Below are positions 27,271 to 37,421 of a DNA stretch of 52,200 bases, piece after piece. The notes under the pieces were generated by a model, which worked only from the letters and a program-made list of their open reading frames with translations, did not search any database and was not told where the DNA came from. The stretch's first letter is position 1. Every line of letters starts with the position of its first letter. The stretch is taken from IMG/VR virus record IMGVR_UViG_3300022660_003821. One strand, given 5' to 3'. A program made the translations under genes and the position numbers. This DNA is from a virus. Lineage: Duplodnaviria; Heunggongvirae; Uroviricota; Caudoviricetes.

Positions 27271-29051
27271 TAAATAATCTCTTCAACGAAATCTCCTGAG
27301 CAAGCGTCACTCACCCACCAAGACCCATTTGTAACTGATTGTTTCTGAACTTCTAATTCATAGAATCTTGCTTTCTTACGAATAGTCAATTCATCAAATG
27401 TGGCAGAAAAACCACCTGCCAACTCACTTTGCATAATGGACCAGCCATAACCAGCAAAACCACTGGCAAATCGCATAGAACTTAAATTATTGACAAAATA
27501 CGCATTGCCCGTAAAACGAATGCCATCAGTCAACCCTTCAAGAAAAATTCCATCATCAAAGAATAGCGTATTTTCAATTAATCGAGTTTTATATTTCTCA
27601 CTAATTATTGAAAAACTTGTACTTTCTATAGGTTTCTGGAAGGTAAAGAACTCCGCGTCAGTAGTAAAATTAAGACTTGCAGACCATTCTTTACTCAAAT
27701 CCTTAAATAGCGATGTGGTGTCTTTATACGCTACGCCAAATGGTATAACCTCTGTTTGCTGTAATTGCTCTGTGCCATTTTTAATAACATGTAAATAAGG
27801 CAACGTAAAAACTATATCCCTATTTGTGTCATTGGCTTTAATTGCGGGGCCATCAACAGCCCCCAGTCGAATATTACGATAGAAAGTTACGCCGCAGTCT
27901 TCAGAAGATTTATAATATGTTTGTAATACGGTAGGACCTGCATTAGCGCATCCAGCACTTAACGAGTTCTTGAAATTACCATCTCCATATTGGGTAATGA
28001 TATTATAAGTCCCATCATAGTTTTTAATCGCAGTCTGGAGGGCAATGTATGATGTAGCTGTCTCTCCATCGCTATCTCCAAGATTCATGACTTTACCAGG
28101 AGCAGCAAAAGATACGATATTGTCACTTCCACCACGAACCTTAATGATATACTTATCGTCAAACTTAATGCCGTACCCGGTCCATAATGCTAAGTCTGTG
28201 GCTAATTGAACGTACAATGCCGCCGTAGCTTCATTCTTGCCAGAATAGAGGAGTTTTTTACCATCTTCACCAAGATCGAATCCTTTTAATGCAGTAAGCC
28301 TACCATTGTATGTCTGGGCACCATCTACAGTCAAATTTCCATACACATGAGCATCTTTCATGCTCCAATCAGTTGTACTATTATTACTATTGCCTGCATG
28401 GTAATATTCATTTGTATTATTGAATATACCGTTGCTATTAATTTTAATAGTTCCAACTGCAAATTCTCCAGATGTAGAAACATTACCATTCAGTTTAATA
28501 TTTTCTGATGTGATATGTAATGCTTCATCTTGATAAAATATTGATTGGTGGTTAGAAAAGTAAATACCTTCATTACCAAGATTAAGATGTCCTATAATAG
28601 TCGCATCTTTATCTACTGTCAAATAACCATATATATGAGCCAATAATTTGTTATCTGAGTCAATACTTGTCTCAAATATCATCTTATTTGAATGACCAGC
28701 CTGAAAACCATATAGTGCTCCCAACGCACCAGTCATCGTATCTCCAGAGCGAGACAAGAAACCAACGCCGGCAGAACCTCCAGAACCACCACCGCTTACA
28801 GATGACATAATAGCATTTGCCATCATGTATGCAGAGTTCTTCATCAGAATTGTTGAATGGTTAGCCAAGCCTTCTGCTATAGCGGCGGCATCTATCTCAC
28901 CACTTTCTGTTAGTGGTGGGTTAGAGACATAATCTGGACCATCACAAAGGTTTGCGGTACGCATACCTTCATAGAAACGACTGTACAGATCATATAAGCC
29001 TGTAGACTTATCTAATGCAGCTTCATCGAAATTTAATTTTGCCTCAGCCAT
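27270..29051 (-). CDS. Tail structural protein
   Basis: Coupled to its neighbours; C-terminal FASGFAGYGW...FDELTIRKKARFYELEVQK pattern typical of Bacteroidales phage tail proteins. Confidence 0.6.
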   Translation of the reverse strand: MAEAKLNFDEAALDKSTGLYDLYSRFYEGMRTANLCDGPDYVSNPPLTESGEIDAAAIAEGLANHSTILMKNSAYMMANAIMSSVSGGGSGGSAGVGFLSRSGDTMTGALGALYGFQAGHSNKMIFETSIDSDNKLLAHIYGYLTVDKDATIIGHLNLGNEGIYFSNHQSIFYQDEALHITSENIKLNGNVSTSGEFAVGTIKINSNGIFNNTNEYYHAGNSNNSTTDWSMKDAHVYGNLTVDGAQTYNGRLTALKGFDLGEDGKKLLYSGKNEATAALYVQLATDLALWTGYGIKFDDKYIIKVRGGSDNIVSFAAPGKVMNLGDSDGETATSYIALQTAIKNYDGTYNIITQYGDGNFKNSLSAGCANAGPTVLQTYYKSSEDCGVTFYRNIRLGAVDGPAIKANDTNRDIVFTLPYLHVIKNGTEQLQQTEVIPFGVAYKDTTSLFKDLSKEWSASLNFTTDAEFFTFQKPIESTSFSIISEKYKTRLIENTLFFDDGIFLEGLTDGIRFTGNAYFVNNLSSMRFASGFAGYGWSIMQSELAGGFSATFDELTIRKKARFYELEVQKQSVTNGSWWVSDACSGDFVEEII

Positions 29052-30016
29052 TATTTCTGAACTTGTACTTTCTTAGTTAAGAATCCACTATGAGCAGATT
29101 TGAACGAGTCTATCTTTGCCTTCAGGGATATAAAACTGGCCATATTAGCTGGCGGTTGTGGTCCCATCATTGTTGGTGTCATGATTTGTCCTATATATCC
29201 AACCAATTCTGACAATATGGTAGCTAACTCTACACCTAACACAGCGTCATCGGTTCCAGAATCGCTACCGAGATAAACTGTACCATCTTCAATTTTTACT
29301 TTTGAATTACCAAACTGGGAAAGGTGCTGTTCCTCATCTAAAATTGTTTCTGCCTTATTATGTTTCAGATGAATTTGTTCTTGATCCATCATCATAGAAC
29401 TTTTGTCATCACCAATCACAGTTTCAACCTTTTCGCTATCCATCACGTGCTTGGTATGATTAGCATCATCTTCACCTTGCACTTCAGTAGTGATTGAATC
29501 TTTGAGGTAAGTCGTTTTGGAGAACACTCCAGTTTCTTCCAAGTCTTGAATATCTGGAGAGTTTTCATCGCTTTCGTCAAATTCTTCACGTTCTGTTACA
29601 CCAACTGTTATCGTATCATGAGAATCCAATTGAATAACATCAACATGAGAAAACATTGAAACATACTCTGTTTTTGTCTCCGGGTCTATTGAAATAGTTA
29701 CTTCTGAATATAATTTCGGTATAATCAGAAGTCCTTTGGAATTATCTTGTAATGCACTAAGATATACACCCTCATGATAACCGATTTTTTTATCTTCGGT
29801 TTCTTCCATTGAAAGGCTATAATATTCTTGCACATCAACGGTGCCTGCCAGTTCGCCATCAGTATGGATTTTAGCAACATACCCGGTTACTTTACCAGTA
29901 TCTTTCAGAACACCATCTTGATTGATGATACCATGCCATGCAATCTTCCTAATCGCGTCACGAATAGCCTGATTTGAACTCAAATCTGGTCTTTTATTTT
30001 TGCTCATTGCTTTCAA
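29051..30016 (-). CDS. Baseplate spike/gpV-like protein
   Basis: N-terminal OB-fold-like strand pattern, beta-repeat middle, C-terminal DDAVLGVELATIL; position after the hub gene. Confidence 0.6.
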   Translation of the reverse strand: MKAMSKNKRPDLSSNQAIRDAIRKIAWHGIINQDGVLKDTGKVTGYVAKIHTDGELAGTVDVQEYYSLSMEETEDKKIGYHEGVYLSALQDNSKGLLIIPKLYSEVTISIDPETKTEYVSMFSHVDVIQLDSHDTITVGVTEREEFDESDENSPDIQDLEETGVFSKTTYLKDSITTEVQGEDDANHTKHVMDSEKVETVIGDDKSSMMMDQEQIHLKHNKAETILDEEQHLSQFGNSKVKIEDGTVYLGSDSGTDDAVLGVELATILSELVGYIGQIMTPTMMGPQPPANMASFISLKAKIDSFKSAHSGFLTKKVQVQK

Positions 30017-31427
30017 GTTTATCTTTTGCTATACAATATGGTAGCTTGATTCGTTGACGATAGCCACTTACGCCAAATGTTGTATGAACCTCATCTACTA
30101 AATAATAGCCATTCTTTTGTGGATATAGTTTGTCATTCAGATGAACTTTTGTGCCTGTTTTCAAAGCCAAATCTCCAAATAAGGTTAAAGTTCCCTCAAT
30201 ACCATTCATGTTATAGCTCTCAAAATATTTAATGGCCTCTTCCAGTAAAGCATCATGGCTGATACCTATTTTACGCGACATGTATGGAATTACCGTATAT
30301 GTACTCAAATCAACCTTATCCTTTGATTTGCTGAAACAGGTGGCTCCAAGTTTACGCGCCTTCTTCGAGATTGTAGTTTCGTTCATTACTTGCCATTTAT
30401 CTTTTGTAGGCTTGGATTCATCCCAATTAGGATTACGTCTTATAGTAATGTGATAAAACTTGTCCTGAGTATCTAAGCATGTGGCTTCAACAGCCAAGAA
30501 TGCTTTATCGGTATTCATGAGCGTTAATCCATTATTCGCTACATGATAGTCGAATAAAATTTCTGGAATTTCAGATGAATCGTCTCTGATAACCGAATCC
30601 TTGCCAGCGTTTGAAAAGTATGAACGACCTACTGCGATATATGGCGTATCTCCATTATATTTGATGTAAGCGAACACCTTATATTTCCCCCATTCAGTTA
30701 ATACATCAGCAACAGTTAAGTCAGTTGTTAAACCCACTTTGCCAATATTAATTTCACAAGACTTAGTGTCTGGATGCAAACTAAGCCCGGTGTTTTCAAG
30801 CAATTTGTACTTACCATCAGCGGCCAAAAAATCATTGACCGTCATGTTCTTGGATGCTGGAACTTTTGGACACGAGATTTTTTTAAGACCACTGGCGAGA
30901 TTTTCACATTTGATTTCAATGGGCGTATCAATGCTACATTTAGTTATATAGCCATCAAACATTGTAGTCAAGTGATTTTTATATTCAGCTAATTTACCAG
31001 TGTCATTGTGTATAGACTTACCATCTTTATCAATTTTGGCCAAAGCTGCAATTTTAGGGTCTGTCGTATAACCCAACATAATGCGAATACGGGAACCGAC
31101 CTTAAAGTCTGTTACCTCAGCTTTTTTAGAATTGGTGCGAGTAGTAACAAGCACACCAGTATCTTCTACTGTCGCAGATACTTTTGAACTGTATTCTGCA
31201 CCATTCAATTCAGTAATCGTCTTTTTAATAACGGTGCCACGAGGAAATTTGACAGAAGCCGTACCGATTAATTTTCGGTACGACTCTTCGATTTCTATGT
31301 TTTCCACCTCTGTAATCAAACGGGGGCTGGAAGGTTCCTCCATTGGCTTTTTAGGGTCAGCCAAATCCCATATCTGAATCAAACAAATGAGAATATGGAA
31401 ACTCGGTTGGTTTTTAATCGCTGCCAT
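29994..31427 (-). CDS. Baseplate hub (Mu gp44/P2 gpD-like)
   Basis: MFDGYIT..IEIKCENLA and C-terminal GTLTLFGDLALKTG...GYYLVDEVHTTFGVSGYRQRIKL. Confidence 0.7.
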   Translation of the reverse strand: MAAIKNQPSFHILICLIQIWDLADPKKPMEEPSSPRLITEVENIEIEESYRKLIGTASVKFPRGTVIKKTITELNGAEYSSKVSATVEDTGVLVTTRTNSKKAEVTDFKVGSRIRIMLGYTTDPKIAALAKIDKDGKSIHNDTGKLAEYKNHLTTMFDGYITKCSIDTPIEIKCENLASGLKKISCPKVPASKNMTVNDFLAADGKYKLLENTGLSLHPDTKSCEINIGKVGLTTDLTVADVLTEWGKYKVFAYIKYNGDTPYIAVGRSYFSNAGKDSVIRDDSSEIPEILFDYHVANNGLTLMNTDKAFLAVEATCLDTQDKFYHITIRRNPNWDESKPTKDKWQVMNETTISKKARKLGATCFSKSKDKVDLSTYTVIPYMSRKIGISHDALLEEAIKYFESYNMNGIEGTLTLFGDLALKTGTKVHLNDKLYPQKNGYYLVDEVHTTFGVSGYRQRIKLPYCIAKDKLESNEQK

Positions 31428-32449
31428 TATATATTAGGGACTAAAGCATCTAATCCGGCATTAGCAAATGAAGACACTGTGCTTGTCGCAACATTTGCAA
31501 TCATCTCAGAATACTTGCTGTTCAATATAAATTTATACCACTTGTTCATAGGGCTTAATGTCAATTCTGCATTCAATGCTGCAATAGTATCTTTGGTTAC
31601 AATCACGTCTTCATCAGGCTCAACTGCAACACAAGTAAAACTATATGGCTGAATGTTCTTATATTCTGAAGGAGGTAGTGCAAAGTCTTTAATGAGCACC
31701 TGTTCAATATTGAATTGCTTAAACATAAAATGATGCACCTTTACCACACCGCCATATTGCATGATTTGAATAAACTTCTTTACATCATTATCAGGGTAAA
31801 CTCCGTCTTGATTGGAATTTATTTCACCTGATACAGAAAAAGAAAGGTCTCCACCAGATATTAGTTCCTTGCGTGTATAGTTACGCCCTTGTACTGGCGT
31901 AAGCACCAAGTTTTTTGAACTTTGTGTACTAATGCGAGGAATCAAATCAATAAAGCACACAGTCTTTGTGGAATATGATTCTTTTTTAGGCTTTCCATCC
32001 ACATAAGATACGTCTTCTACTTGAACAGCAGAATCCCCATCATAATAAATCATTAACGCCTCATGTACCGCATTGCCATACTTATCTTTTGCAATAATTG
32101 TATGATTTCCTTCAGCTGTAATTTTACCCCAATCTTCTTGCTGGGTGGTTTGATTTTTGATAAGCTGGACGTGATTTGTTTCTTGCTGTTTTAGGACCGT
32201 ATCACGCAACTTGCCTTCCAAATATCGCTGGTATCTTGGGAAAAGTTTATTGACCTCCCCCTCGATTATTTGCATGGCCATTTGCTTTGCAACATGGACT
32301 GCAACATATTTGTATGCTCTATTATTTTTGTATGTCAAGTTACCGCCAGGCCCATTTAGGTAGCGGTAACTTATACTTGACAACATTGCATCGGTTGAAC
32401 TACCGACTGAAAATTTGAGCGAGTTCCACGCTCCACCCCAGTAACTCAT
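31427..32449 (-). CDS. Tail tube initiator-like protein (DUF6046-like C-terminus)
   Basis: KNLVLTPVQGRNYTRKELISGGDLSFSVSGEI; directly after the tape measure. Confidence 0.6.
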   Translation of the reverse strand: MSYWGGAWNSLKFSVGSSTDAMLSSISYRYLNGPGGNLTYKNNRAYKYVAVHVAKQMAMQIIEGEVNKLFPRYQRYLEGKLRDTVLKQQETNHVQLIKNQTTQQEDWGKITAEGNHTIIAKDKYGNAVHEALMIYYDGDSAVQVEDVSYVDGKPKKESYSTKTVCFIDLIPRISTQSSKNLVLTPVQGRNYTRKELISGGDLSFSVSGEINSNQDGVYPDNDVKKFIQIMQYGGVVKVHHFMFKQFNIEQVLIKDFALPPSEYKNIQPYSFTCVAVEPDEDVIVTKDTIAALNAELTLSPMNKWYKFILNSKYSEMIANVATSTVSSFANAGLDALVPNI

Positions 32450-35400
32450 TATCCGTGATATGTTTCATCAAAATCGTGTACTACATCAACTAAAGCCTGA
32501 GTAAGCTGACCCTTCAAGTCGGCAATTACGGCTGCATTATCTGGATTAGACAAGTCTACTGACTCGACATTCATCAGATTTTCAATTTTAACAATCACCT
32601 GCTTAGGTGCTGCACTATTGTTATTATAGTGTGACTTATAGTCAGAAGATTTACCACCAGGATTGGTTGTGGTTGTAGTGGTTGTAGTTGTAGTGCCTGT
32701 GCCATTTTGAGCAATTAATTTCCTCTGCATGTCTGCATCAGACATAGGAAGCATTACTCCATTATCCGGCACCCATTGGCCGTTTCGGAAAGTGTATTTA
32801 ACTCCATCAAGAGTTACTGTAGAACCTTCCTTAGCTTGAGGCTTGTTTGGATCGCCGTATGACCAAACTGGGTTATTGATATAACTTTCAAAATATGGGC
32901 GAATTGATGGATGCAACTGATTAACAGTGTCAATGATTTTTTGATGGAATGACAAGAATAAGGTTCTTGCTTGTTCAGCAGTCAAATCCATCTTAGTGTA
33001 TTTGCCAGTATTTTCATCAAACACTTCTACATTCTTCAATACTCCCCATTTGCCATTTTTGAAACCCATTTTTTCAAGGAATCCATTGCTGGCAAATTCG
33101 CCATACCTATCTGCATTGAAAATATCAATACCACTTTCCAACAGGAATTGTTTAATTAATACATCGCTGATAGTTTTATTGGATTCATGAGATTGCAACA
33201 TTTGGACCCATGTAGCCATTAAATTAGCAGCTACAGTTTGTGGATTATTCCATGCAAATTGTTCACCTAATGTTTTATTAAAGGCAGTGACATAATGATA
33301 ACCACGTTTATTATCATCAAACGAATTATTTCCAACAGTTGATAAGCTCCAAAGAGATGATCCAGGTATAATACTTGCTCTTTTTTCATTCTTAAACGCA
33401 GTCAATTGGCCTAACACGGCATTGAAATCCTCTATACTGGATGCCTTTAGAAAACGACTTTGAAAATTAGCAATTGTTTTTGCCAATTCTGTGCCGTCAC
33501 TGGTATCTCTACCTAAACCGTATAAAAGTCTTGCAGCTGCTATCTGGTTAAGAGAACGGGTACTCTCACGTCCAAAATCAATACCATTATACGCATACGT
33601 CTGAAAGCCCCTACCATTCTTATCCAAATTTTGCACTGTATGAACCAGCATATCATAATCCAAACTACCATCATCTTTATATGTTGAAGATAGTGCTGCG
33701 ATACGTTGTTCATTTATAGTTGTAAACGCCCCAAATGGTTTCTTTGCATTATCAAAAATGGTTTTATAAGTTTTTGAAAAAGGCTCTTGATTTGCTTCTT
33801 TTTCAACCTGTTGCATTAAACCCAATTGTTCTTTCATTAATGATACATGTGCGCCTATTGCTTGATTGACATCTAATTGCTTATTATACACAATTGCAAG
33901 ATATTTATCAGCCATAGTAGCGTGCTCTGAATAGTTAATGCCATTCAGATTAGATGTAGATTCCAAGAACCTATTGTTTGCAGCGGTAGCGTCATCAATG
34001 GATTCGTGATACTTATATAAGGCATACCCAGCCGCACCAAAAGCGGCAACAAGAGCAGTGACCCAGCCAACTGGGTTGGAAAGCAATGGTAGCAGTTTGG
34101 GGAGAAGACCAACTAATTTGGTCATACCAATATAACCCGCCATGCCACCAATAGCGGTACCAAACATACTGGCAGTGCTTCCTTCTTCACCAACCATAGA
34201 ACCCAAATACGCACCACCAACACCACCAAGCATACCAGCAGCTCCAGCTGCGCCCATCCATAACGGTGCTAAATGGTTTGGGTACATAGACTTAAATCTC
34301 TGTACTACTGCTGGAGAGTAACCACGAGATTTAGCCACCCAACTTAATGGCATAATTGTAGCTAAACCACCCCTAAAACCGCGTTGTGCAGTAACGGCAG
34401 CTGTAATATTTTTAGATAGCAATCCATACTGCATAGATAATTGTCCAATAGCACGAGCACCTGCCAAAACAAATGAACTAAAGTTCAATAAAGATCTAAA
34501 AATTCTTAATGGTATCAATACAGCAGATAATCGAACCTGCCACTCTAACCACAGTTTTACAAAACCACCAAAACGATTATACAATTCAATTAAGGTGAAC
34601 AAAAATTCTTTCAAGAATTTAATAATGTCTAATGTGAGTGTACCCATCTCACGAAGAGCTTTCTTCGCCTCATCAGTCTTTAACCAAGCTGTAGTGCTGG
34701 TAAGCAACTCTCGAATGGGGCTATTCATCTCTTCAAACACTTGCATACCAGTTTCGGTAAATGCAGATGTTAATTGATACCAAAGACCCTGAATTGTATT
34801 TTTCTTTTCCTCAGCCAGTTCGCCAACTAATCCGTCTGATAAAAAGTTCTTTTCTACAATCTCATTCCACTTATCGACATTCATAGCAAGTGATACAGCA
34901 CCCTGTGCCGCAGTTTTGTGGAACAATTTATAGAAATCATCTACATACAAATCAGCGTTTTTAAGATCCTGGAAGATTTCAGTTAATGGCCTTACACGTC
35001 CCGATTTATCAGTACGCGACACACCAATGCGCTCCCAGTTTGTTAACTGTTTCTTTGTTGGGTTTACAATATTTGCCATAATAGTACGCAATGTCGTACC
35101 TGCCTGTGAACCCTTAATACCAGCGTCACCGAGAATACCCATTGCAGCAGTAGCTTCTTCAAAAGAAACACCACCAGCAGACAAAAGGCTCGCAGAATAC
35201 TTATACGCTTCTGCAATTTCAAGCAAAGTTGTATTTGACTTTGTAAAGGTCATGGTCATAATGTCAGCAGCACGCCTTACCTGACTGGGATCAATGCCAT
35301 ATCCAGTCATAATATTGGTAACAACGTCAGCCGTCTCACCCAAATCTGTATCACCGACCAACGCAATATCAGCAATTGGCGCAATTGATTTATTAATTGC

Positions 35401-36150
35401 CTCTACATCAAAACCAGCCATAGCCAAGAATTTACTTGCATCTGCTACTTGCGGTGCAGTAAACTTTGTTTTGACACCAACATCACGCACAATACGCTCC
35501 ATCTGTGCAAAGCGTTGTGCAAATGATTGTGGATCTCTATCATGGGTACGCAGAATATTACGGGCAGTTGCCATAAGGTTGTCATACTCGGTGGCTTCCT
35601 TAATAGTGCTTCCTATCAATGAACCAAGGCCAGTAATACCATAAGCAATACCCATACCCTTAACAAAATCTAACGCACCAATACCGCCAGTATCTATCAT
35701 AGTATGTCCAAGTGTATTATAGACTTGGTTGCCAGACATAGCGTATGGCTTTATTGAAGTACGCGATGATCTTCCTGAAGTAATTACGCCTCCACTACGA
35801 GAACGTGAACTGGAGGTCTTACCACCACCTGAAGTGCTACCAGCAGGTGCCGCACCTGTAGTGACATTTAATGCAGCAGTTTTCTTTGCCAAACGATGAA
35901 TCTTCTCCAGTTTAGCAATAGTAGCATCCAATTTCTTGTTCACCTTAGATGTGGCAATATCCAATACAGGTGCCTTGCGAGACATCTGATTGAGTTTGTT
36001 TGTCACGGCCTCTATCTTCTTCTGAAAGGCGGTAAGTTGCTTGCCAGCCTGAGACAACTTGTTGGTTGCCTGTTGAAAGTTGGTAAGTGCCTGTATCGCC
36101 GCTTGTGACCGGACATTTATGTCATAATTTACTACATAATTTTCTGCCAT
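32449..36150 (-). CDS. Tape measure protein (TP901-like core)
   Basis: TKFTAPQVADASKFLAMAGF, LGDAGIKGSQAGTTLR; Ala/Gly-rich hydrophobic middle; 1233 aa. Confidence 0.93.
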   Translation of the reverse strand: MAENYVVNYDINVRSQAAIQALTNFQQATNKLSQAGKQLTAFQKKIEAVTNKLNQMSRKAPVLDIATSKVNKKLDATIAKLEKIHRLAKKTAALNVTTGAAPAGSTSGGGKTSSSRSRSGGVITSGRSSRTSIKPYAMSGNQVYNTLGHTMIDTGGIGALDFVKGMGIAYGITGLGSLIGSTIKEATEYDNLMATARNILRTHDRDPQSFAQRFAQMERIVRDVGVKTKFTAPQVADASKFLAMAGFDVEAINKSIAPIADIALVGDTDLGETADVVTNIMTGYGIDPSQVRRAADIMTMTFTKSNTTLLEIAEAYKYSASLLSAGGVSFEEATAAMGILGDAGIKGSQAGTTLRTIMANIVNPTKKQLTNWERIGVSRTDKSGRVRPLTEIFQDLKNADLYVDDFYKLFHKTAAQGAVSLAMNVDKWNEIVEKNFLSDGLVGELAEEKKNTIQGLWYQLTSAFTETGMQVFEEMNSPIRELLTSTTAWLKTDEAKKALREMGTLTLDIIKFLKEFLFTLIELYNRFGGFVKLWLEWQVRLSAVLIPLRIFRSLLNFSSFVLAGARAIGQLSMQYGLLSKNITAAVTAQRGFRGGLATIMPLSWVAKSRGYSPAVVQRFKSMYPNHLAPLWMGAAGAAGMLGGVGGAYLGSMVGEEGSTASMFGTAIGGMAGYIGMTKLVGLLPKLLPLLSNPVGWVTALVAAFGAAGYALYKYHESIDDATAANNRFLESTSNLNGINYSEHATMADKYLAIVYNKQLDVNQAIGAHVSLMKEQLGLMQQVEKEANQEPFSKTYKTIFDNAKKPFGAFTTINEQRIAALSSTYKDDGSLDYDMLVHTVQNLDKNGRGFQTYAYNGIDFGRESTRSLNQIAAARLLYGLGRDTSDGTELAKTIANFQSRFLKASSIEDFNAVLGQLTAFKNEKRASIIPGSSLWSLSTVGNNSFDDNKRGYHYVTAFNKTLGEQFAWNNPQTVAANLMATWVQMLQSHESNKTISDVLIKQFLLESGIDIFNADRYGEFASNGFLEKMGFKNGKWGVLKNVEVFDENTGKYTKMDLTAEQARTLFLSFHQKIIDTVNQLHPSIRPYFESYINNPVWSYGDPNKPQAKEGSTVTLDGVKYTFRNGQWVPDNGVMLPMSDADMQRKLIAQNGTGTTTTTTTTTTNPGGKSSDYKSHYNNNSAAPKQVIVKIENLMNVESVDLSNPDNAAVIADLKGQLTQALVDVVHDFDETYHG

Positions 36151-36171
36151 TGTTTATTGAATTATGTTTCT

Positions 36172-36202
36172 GAAGAATAGAGCCTACGAGAACATTTTGG
36201 TT
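36172..36202 (-). promoter_or_regulatory. Late-promoter motif AAC-N19-CTATTCTTC ahead of the tape measure
   Basis: gaagaatag 36172-36180; gtt 36200-36202. Confidence 0.65.
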
Positions 36203-36255
36203 AATAAAAGAATGCCCCATTACCAAGAAAGAGGCAATGGGGCAAAAAGGAGATG

Positions 36256-36824
36256 TTATGAAAGAAGCCCAAGTGTGTTTGCTTGTTGTGTACGTAGTTG
36301 GTGGGCATCCAACCATTCTGCGTCATTGGCCATTATAGCAAATTCTTCATCACTTAAACTGTCAACATCTGTCCCTGGGAAATAGTGCTTGATTAAGATA
36401 AGTTTGTGCCTTAAATAGTCATCGTCTTTTACTTCCCAGGCTTTGATAAATTTACTAACTTACCATGACGCATTTCGATGATCTTAGTCAACTGACCCAT
36501 CAAACCGAAGAGGAACAGTGAATCGTCATCTACAAGGTCTTGATCTCCACCCAAGAAACAGTCCTTTGCCAGATTACGCATTGCGACAGCCTGATTGCTC
36601 TGTGCAGCAGCAAGGTACTTACTGAATGCCTGGAATGAAGGCTGACGGAAATAGCCGATATAAAGCGGTTTCTCGTCATAATCACCACCCTCTACGCAAA
36701 TAGGGTACACTACACGTAGCTTTGAATCCTTTTCCTTCAACGAGGCTACGGTTTTCTCAATTTCTTTCTGTACTTCAGGAGTAATCTCTACCTGATTTAC
36801 TTCCAATACTTCGTCTCTTTCCAT
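36256..36824 (-). CDS. Tail assembly chaperone, -1 frameshift product (gpGT-like, 189 aa)
   Basis: Slippery heptamer A AAT TTA at 36453-36447; the -1 frame stays open for 63 codons (IKAWEVKDDDYLRHKLILIKHYFPG...LGLLS*). Confidence 0.8.
36429..36824 (-). CDS. Tail assembly chaperone (gpG-like)
   Basis: Between tube and tape measure; acidic, 131 aa. Confidence 0.8.
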   Translation of the reverse strand: MERDEVLEVNQVEITPEVQKEIEKTVASLKEKDSKLRVVYPICVEGGDYDEKPLYIGYFRQPSFQAFSKYLAAAQSNQAVAMRNLAKDCFLGGDQDLVDDDSLFLFGLMGQLTKIIEMRHGKLVNLSKPGK

Positions 36825-36856
36825 AATATTCTCGATAAATTTGTGAATGTTTTATA

Positions 36857-36885
36857 ATGAATAGTGTATGTGTTGCTTAGTGGTT
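36857..36885 (-). promoter_or_regulatory. Late-promoter motif AAC-N18-CTATTCAT ahead of the chaperone
   Basis: atgaatag 36857-36864; gtt 36883-36885. Confidence 0.7.
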
Positions 36886-36891
36886 TGAAAA

Positions 36892-36919
36892 ATGGGTGGA
36901 TATTTTCATACCCACCCAT
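36892..36919 (-). terminator. Terminator after the tail tube gene
   Basis: ATGGGTGGATAT-tttc-ATACCCACCCAT stem, followed by TTTT on the minus strand. Confidence 0.65.
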
Positions 36920-36954
36920 CACGATAAACACTTTATCTAACAATTATGGAACGA

Positions 36955-37416
36955 TTATTGAGCAGAAGTGCTTGGAATAATCTTGAATGGATTGAGGTCA
37001 AACTCCTTTGTGATGTTGGTATCATCCTGACTGGCCTCCATGCCGTCTTCAGTGAAAAGACATCCTTTCAATGTTACGGTTTCAGTGGTCCAATCATCTG
37101 TGCCCAACTCGTTTGCCCAAGAAACCACTAAGTCAAACTCGCCCAGAGCCATTAGAGTGCCCTTCAAAGCTCGCAACTGCACCTGTGTATTGTAGTCCAT
37201 AGTGATTGATGCCGTATATTCACGGTTTCCAAATCCTCTATTTACAGGCTCGCCACCCAAACCATAGTTGGTCTTCACATTGCGCTTGATATTCCACTTG
37301 ATACCAGAAACACCCTGTAAAATCGTTGGGTTAGCATTGCTTGAACCAGTCAAAGCAGGTGCGGTCAACTCAATCATTGCCCAAGAGTAGGCTACGTTAT
37401 TTACTATTGTTGCCAT
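36955..37416 (-). CDS. Tail tube protein
   Basis: 153 aa directly after the sheath; YSWAMIEL...GIKWNIKRNVKTNYGLGGEPVNRGFGNREYTASIT. Confidence 0.85.
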   Translation of the reverse strand: MATIVNNVAYSWAMIELTAPALTGSSNANPTILQGVSGIKWNIKRNVKTNYGLGGEPVNRGFGNREYTASITMDYNTQVQLRALKGTLMALGEFDLVVSWANELGTDDWTTETVTLKGCLFTEDGMEASQDDTNITKEFDLNPFKIIPSTSAQ

Positions 37417-37421
37417 TTACC

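Noticed and set aside
27559-27589. Further late-motif hits inside genes (27559-27566 with AAC-N19; 11846-11853 CTATTCTG with AAC-N19)
   Set aside because: Hundreds of nt from the next start and off the main spacing; could be chance, so not counted among the nine.
32670-32700. ACN repeat in the tape measure (poly-Thr)
   Set aside because: Mixed codons encoding a flexible linker; no phase-variation signature.
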